Positions 14,470 through 20,000 of a stretch of 20,000 nt of DNA are shown piece after piece. A model generated the notes under the pieces. That model was not told where the DNA came from, did not search any database, and saw only the letters and a list, made by a program, of their open reading frames with translations. The DNA is from Ancylonema sp. (taxonomy: Eukaryota): positions 58,063 through 78,062 of the forward strand of contig JBFLGF010000051.1 of NCBI GenBank assembly GCA_050230475.1. Direction: 5' to 3'. The first letter of the stretch is position 1; every line of letters begins with the position of its first letter. Both the position numbers and the translations under genes were made by a program.

Positions 14470-14889
14470 GTTCATGCGAACCGAGCATCGTCAAGTACAA
14501 TAAGATCAAACACCGACGCCAAACTTGGTGATGAGAGTGTGAAGCAAGGATTTATCATACATGATGCCGAAGGGAAGGGCCGTTGAACACGATCTTGTAA
14601 AGTACAGAAGACATCGTATGCCCTAACATCTCCGACAAGTTATGTGAACTTTAATGAGGTTTACAAATATTATCCTTCCATTGCAATGGGGCTCGAATAT
14701 TGAAAAGAGGGACCCTCGCAATTCAGAATGCCGGGTGTGTACCTATAGGCAAGCAGCATAGTTCTATCACAGGGTTGTTCGAAGTACGATGCGACAACAA
14801 ATTTCAAAGATACAAGTAGATACGTGAATTGTGGAGATAGTCATCATTGAAGACAATATTGGCCCATAACAAAATATTTATTTTGCAAG

Positions 14890-15001
14890 CATAGCGGGTC
14901 CTTCTCCGTTCGCGGATTTCGCGAGCCCGGCTCCGTGCTGGCTCGCGCGCGAGCCTAATCCGATCCGGCTCGCAAAATTGTCGGCTCGGGGACCAATTAT
15001 G
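14890..15001. mobile_element. 112-bp hAT-type MITE
   Basis: Imperfect TIRs CATAGCGGGTCC / GGACCAATTATG. Internal GAGCC/GGCTC repeats. Flanks TTTGCAAG (14882-14889) and GTTGAAAG (15002-15009) match at 6/8 positions, as expected of an aged 8-bp TSD. Confidence 0.65.
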
Positions 15002-15625
15002 GTTGAAAGCTCCACCACCACGAGTACCAGACTCGAATCTTAGGTAGGTGATGTCGGCAGGGTGACAACGGACATAACTTTTTGGGATAGAAATTGAAGT
15101 TGTATGTTGAATGTTTTTTTTTTTTTTGTTAGTTGAAGTTGTTATGAAGTTATAAGGTTACATCTCAATATATTACATGTTTCCCTCGAAGTCACGACCA
15201 TCTGTATAACAACAACCTCGGTGCAACGAAATTAATTTCGAAAAGTTGGTTTCACTACTCGCTTCCTCGACACAAGCTTAACGACGAAACTATGATGATA
15301 ATGGAATCTACGAAACTTATATTAAATGTCGTGATAAAATAAATATAATGGTCCTTTCGAATAGAACGAGAAATCGAAATGCTTCAATTTTTGAAAATTT
15401 AAAAATCCGAAGAAAACGTGGCTTCTTGTTCATATTTGTGCATATGTATAATACATGGAGCACAACACACATGCGGAATTTTATGTTAACCCCGACCAAT
15501 AACAACAACCGTTGTCGTATTTTGAACACAACTAGGTGTTCATTTTACCCCATTACCACATGCCCTTAATACCAAAACACTCGCTCCCGACTGTTACTTA
15601 GTAAATAGCGGTATACACCAAGAAG

Positions 15626-15862
15626 CATAGTTGCGTCCCGGACGCGAGGATGCCGGACGCGTCCGGAGATCCCCGGACGGTCCGGGACGCAACTAAGATG
15701 CATAAAAATAAAAGGTTTTCATTTTGAAGTCACACAAATATGGGGGTTCCAAAAATATGGATAGCAGATTTTGGCTGAGGCGTCCGGGTCCGGGACGCGT
15801 CCGGGCCCGGATGCGTCCCGGACGCGTCCGGAGATCCCTGGACGGTCCGGGACTCAACTATG
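15626..15862. mobile_element. 237-bp hAT-type MITE with perfect 8-bp TSD
   Basis: TIRs CATAGTTGCGTCCCGGAC / GTCCGGGACTCAACTATG (17/18 match). TSD CCAAGAAG at 15618-15625 and 15863-15870. GGACGC/GCGTCC subterminal repeats. Confidence 0.92.
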
Positions 15863-16888
15863 CCAAGAAGGGACTCCTCTGCGAATTTCCCTTCCTAAAT
15901 GGTCCTTAATCTAAGGGTCTTCCCTCACAATACAACCTCGCTTCCTATATGGTCCGAGATCCTAATTGGGATCAAGGATGGTACCCAATGAGGCTTGAAA
16001 CCGATTTGAGGTTCCCAAAGACCATCGTGGAATGTACATGACGTTCTTTTACCGTTTTATTAAGTTCGTTTTCCAAAGTGGTTCCGATTTTCGGAACTAT
16101 TCCCAAATGTGGTGCCGAAAATCTTCCAAGTTGCTATCTGATCAAGAGTGGGATGGAATCTCACCCGAATAAGATTGGAATATACATTGAAACATGATAA
16201 GCTGGTGGAATAAAAAAAATGGACCCATGGCTTCAAGGTTTGTGCGAGGACATCTTGGAGCTGACTCCTACCCTAACTCAAGCAGATGCACTGGTCATGA
16301 ACCAGTTACACAATATAAGTCTCAAACGTACTTGGATCCGATCCGAAGATCCCCGACCACAATCCAATTAGGTTCAATCCGGACAAAACAAACGTCCACC
16401 AACGGTGCAAACGGAGGCGGGATTTATTTCTTTTTCCCAAGGGGGTCTTGGGGCAACGGGGGATATACACAACAGTTTGTGCATATTGTTATTTTAAAAA
16501 CCCGAATTTATTTGCATCGGAAATCGAACAATGGCTGATCGTGGGGCCAACTATGGTAAAAAACTATGATCAACAAAGCAATAACACTGCACTTTCAAAA
16601 TTTAGACCCAGTCTCAGAACAACTACTCGGCAAAACAATCGTCAAAAGGCCGTCATGCACCAAGCATACTTTGCGATAAAATATAGAGGCAACTCTCCTT
16701 ACCATAGAGCAATCTGAAACTTTCCATCCTCTGCATCTCTCCAAACATAACAATTTTTTGCAATCTGATACATTGAAGACCTAGGTAGCACGTCTTATCC
16801 CATCTTCCCTGCCTTTCCAAATTCCATAGTCTGCGACAACTTCCCCTACCCCACCAACCTTACCCCCCCCCAACCACCATCCTCAAAT

Positions 16889-19831
16889 TTATTGCCCCGG
16901 ATACCTTGGATGATACTGTGGCGGGTATGGGGGAGGCGCAGCTGGGTTGTAGGATGGGGGAGGAGGCGCCCCGTATCCAGGCAGGTAACCGGGGGGGGGT
17001 CTCATGTGTGGTCGATACCCGGGGGGTGGTTGGGCGTAGGCAGGGGGTGGAGGTCTGTAGCTTGAGGGTGGGGGCGGTGTGTGACTGGAGGGGGGTTGAC
17101 TGTAGCTGGTAGGAGGTTGGCTGTAGCTTGAAGGCGGTTGGCTGTAGCTCACCTGAAAATGGAGAAACGTAGAAGGGGTCAGAGAACAAGGATGCGATTG
17201 GGGGGTATAAGCTCACTGCGGTTTGAAAGCGAAAGAATTGACGTCTTATTGAGGTTATTAGGGTAAGGAACTAGAGTTGAGTAGGTAGAATGTGGTTTTG
17301 GAGCCTACCTGTGGCTTCTGGTACTTGGGGAGATTCAACCTTTGCTCTTCCTGCAGCCCCCAAAACCCTCATGGGAAGTCAGACTGCATTCTTGCGATCA
17401 TGTACCGCACGAGACTTTCATTTCAAGCATTGGAACAAACAAAATGGTTCAGATACGAATAGAATGCGGATGAACATTAAACGAAAGAGGTGAATATCCC
17501 TAGTGTCAAGCTGCAGCGCATTTTTCCGGGATACAGAGGGGGCCTTCCGGGAAGTTTCTGACCATTGAGTTCTGGTCGTCATCCCAGATGAGATACACTT
17601 CTTGCCCTCCTGCCCCTGGTTGGGAAGGGGGTGGCGGAGCTGGGGCGGTGGGGGGAGGAGGTTGGGGCGGGGGGGGAGCGGGTGGACCTGGAATATAGTA
17701 TGTGTCAGAAGGCACAGCAAGGGGCAATACCCACACCAAGCAATCCAGAAATCCAGTTCAATATACGTCCGATGCAAGAGTCGTACAAATGTTCAGACTA
17801 ACACTGAATCCTCGGCATAAGGAACCCAAAAAGAACCGGAAAATGTGTTTCCTGGAACGAAAATTTCTTACCTTACATTTCGAATGTAAGGGAAAAAGGT
17901 CCACAAACAGTTTCTTGCAGCAGGAAGTTTCATACAACAAAGTTTTCATACCGAGGTTTGTGTGTATACGTGTGACGTAATCGATCCTGGCCAATGCTCA
18001 GACTTAATCTCCTTCATGTAAGACAGCCTGGCATGCTAAACGTCTACACCTGGCACTTACCTGGAGGTGCAGCTGGCTGACTGATTGGAAACAGAGGAGC
18101 AGGTGGCGGTTGGATGGGGAAGAGGGGGTGGGGGGGAGGGGCTGGCGGTGCATTGTTGATTGGGAACAGAGGGGCGGAGGGCGGGTTGGGGAGCTGTTGC
18201 GCGTTCTGTAATGAAAATATGGGAGCCGATCCCAAACCTCCCGGCCTCATCATGGGGGGCATGCCAAGTGGCCACCCAGGATTGGCGGATGAGTTTCGGG
18301 CCTGCATGTTGAGAAGGCTGTGGGGAAGAGGAAAAAGAGGAGAGGGAGAGGGGAAGAAGAGTGCAGATGGTAAGAGTCCTGATAATCGTGAGTCACTTTG
18401 ACGATGGGCAAGCATGGCGATGAAGAATAGAAGGAGGAGAAATACAAGAAGAGCAGAAGAAGAAATACAAGAAGAAATAGAAGAAGTGAAAAATAAAAAG
18501 AAATAAAAACTGAGAAAAAAAAAAAAAAAAAAGGGCAGAATAAGATCAAACGGTGGACGTCCTTGGTTGCAGCTACCAATTTATTACATACCTTGACCTT
18601 AATCTGTCCTATCGCTCATTGTCATTCGAGGATCCACCATTTTGTGTGAACATTCCATCACAAAATTGAAGACATTCCAGTCCTGACCCTCCCTTGCCCT
18701 CCTTGGTAGAAGGAAGGAGCTACTCACCCTGCCTGAGCCGCTGCAAAGAACGGTTGGGAGGCCATACCAAGAGGGGACACAAAAAACGAGGCAGCAGGAG
18801 GTTCCATCCTCGCCGCCTTGGCGGGCTTCTCGTCCTCTGATTGGTGCACAGAAGAAGCCACGAATCAGGGAAATATCTCCGGTCTACACTTTGAAGATAT
18901 TGAGTAGCAGTACGAGCCCTGTATCAGCTGTGCGTTCACTATCAGCTGATTCGATAAAGGCATCCAGAGGAGCCCAGTCCATTTCTTCGAAAGACCTTAT
19001 ATATTCTTGCAATCTTCCAGAGATGACACGTGCAAGAAATCCGTGTCATTATAACAGTTGACGTGTTCAAGGGATCGTCACATCTTTGGGCCATAATACG
19101 CAGCTGATGTAGATTAACCAGCCAGGAGTAATTCTCGCTGTAATCATATCACATTGGGAGACATGATAACGTGATAAATGAAGATTATCGCAGCTCACAC
19201 ACGGAGAAATTTTGGGTAGAAACCTGATGACATTATCACAAAGAAAGTTTTAAAAATGTTAAGAAGCCAAAAGCAGAAGTTTAGAAGCAAACAACCGTTT
19301 TGCGGCAGCTAGGGGTCTGACGTAGAATGAAAATTTCACCTTCATCCTGTCCTAAGTGCGCAGCCCAAGCCTCAGGGGGAATCCCTTCCATCCCATAGAT
19401 CTCGATCTCTACGTCTTCCCGTCCTGGACGAGCATTTGGAACTCTGTCGGGACACAAGGAGAGCAAAAGTGCTTAGACCAAACAACGCCGTTTACAGCCC
19501 ATTGCACTGAACCTGTCCCGCAGTCGGCCTGACTATTTTAGCTGGTGGACAAACATGAGACAAAATGACTTTGTCACGAGGTCTCAAACTTTACATGTCC
19601 AAAGTACATGATCGATTGAACGAGGCTCGTAATGATTTACTTGTCCATGCTCTCCTTGTGCACTTGCAGGACGTGAACCACCATGCCTCCTGCCGTGCTG
19701 AGCTTCTTGTGACAAACATGGCACTTAAAATGATTTGCTTTCTGGTGTTGAATAAGGACTTTGTCGTCCTCAAACTCGCGATCGCAGTAGTAGCACCACG
19801 GCTTCACCGTCTTCTTCTTCTTTTTCCCCAT
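16889..19831 (-). CDS. SUF4: SUF4 / BuGZ (ZNF207) C2H2 zinc-finger, proline-rich protein, ~363 aa
   Basis: Exons complement(join(16889..17152,17309..17350,17563..17687,18061..18317,18728..18836,19340..19443,19641..19831)), all GT-AG and phase-consistent. N-terminus [82 protein letters not shown]. Pro-rich middle with PLFPI repeats. GLEBS-like [24 protein letters not shown]. Confidence 0.95.
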
Positions 19832-20000
19832 TTTCAAAAACCTTGCGATACGATTAGAAAAGAACTAAACCTATCACTACGACGAGGTAGGATGGATGAA
19901 TATATCAGGGAGATCGGTCAGTCTCTTGGTCTCGACGCGCAAGGTAAGAGTACACGTGAGGTGCAAGGGATAAGAGGTTTTCGGTTTCTGACAAGAAGAC

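Overview
Eukaryotic, intron-containing DNA, most likely from a streptophyte alga or land plant (inferred from the protein families; species not determinable). Four gene loci were reconstructed by hand from splice sites. (1) EB1 microtubule plus-end protein (+, 1491-4757, 8 exons, ~289 aa). (2) Plant-type guanosine deaminase GSDA (-, 7876-5432, 5 coding exons, ~162 aa), with a 221-nt (TA)n and a probable decayed LINE fragment in its introns. (3) An O-fucosyltransferase-family locus (+, ~9855-12086) that appears disabled: two non-GT donors at the expected junctions, a frameshift and upstream stops. (4) SUF4/BuGZ/ZNF207 zinc-finger gene (-, 19831-16889, 7 exons, ~363 aa). Intergenic DNA holds several non-autonomous hAT-type elements, one with a perfect 8-bp target-site duplication (TSD), and a poly(A)-tailed insertion flanked by direct repeats. 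Most short ORFs in the supplied track are antisense, intronic or repeat artefacts. I found no convincing new multi-gene system. The best leads are a CATAGTTG-ended MITE group with differing subterminal motifs, the broken OFUT gene, an MSA-like motif cluster upstream of EB1, and the Pro/Tyr-rich tail of BuGZ.
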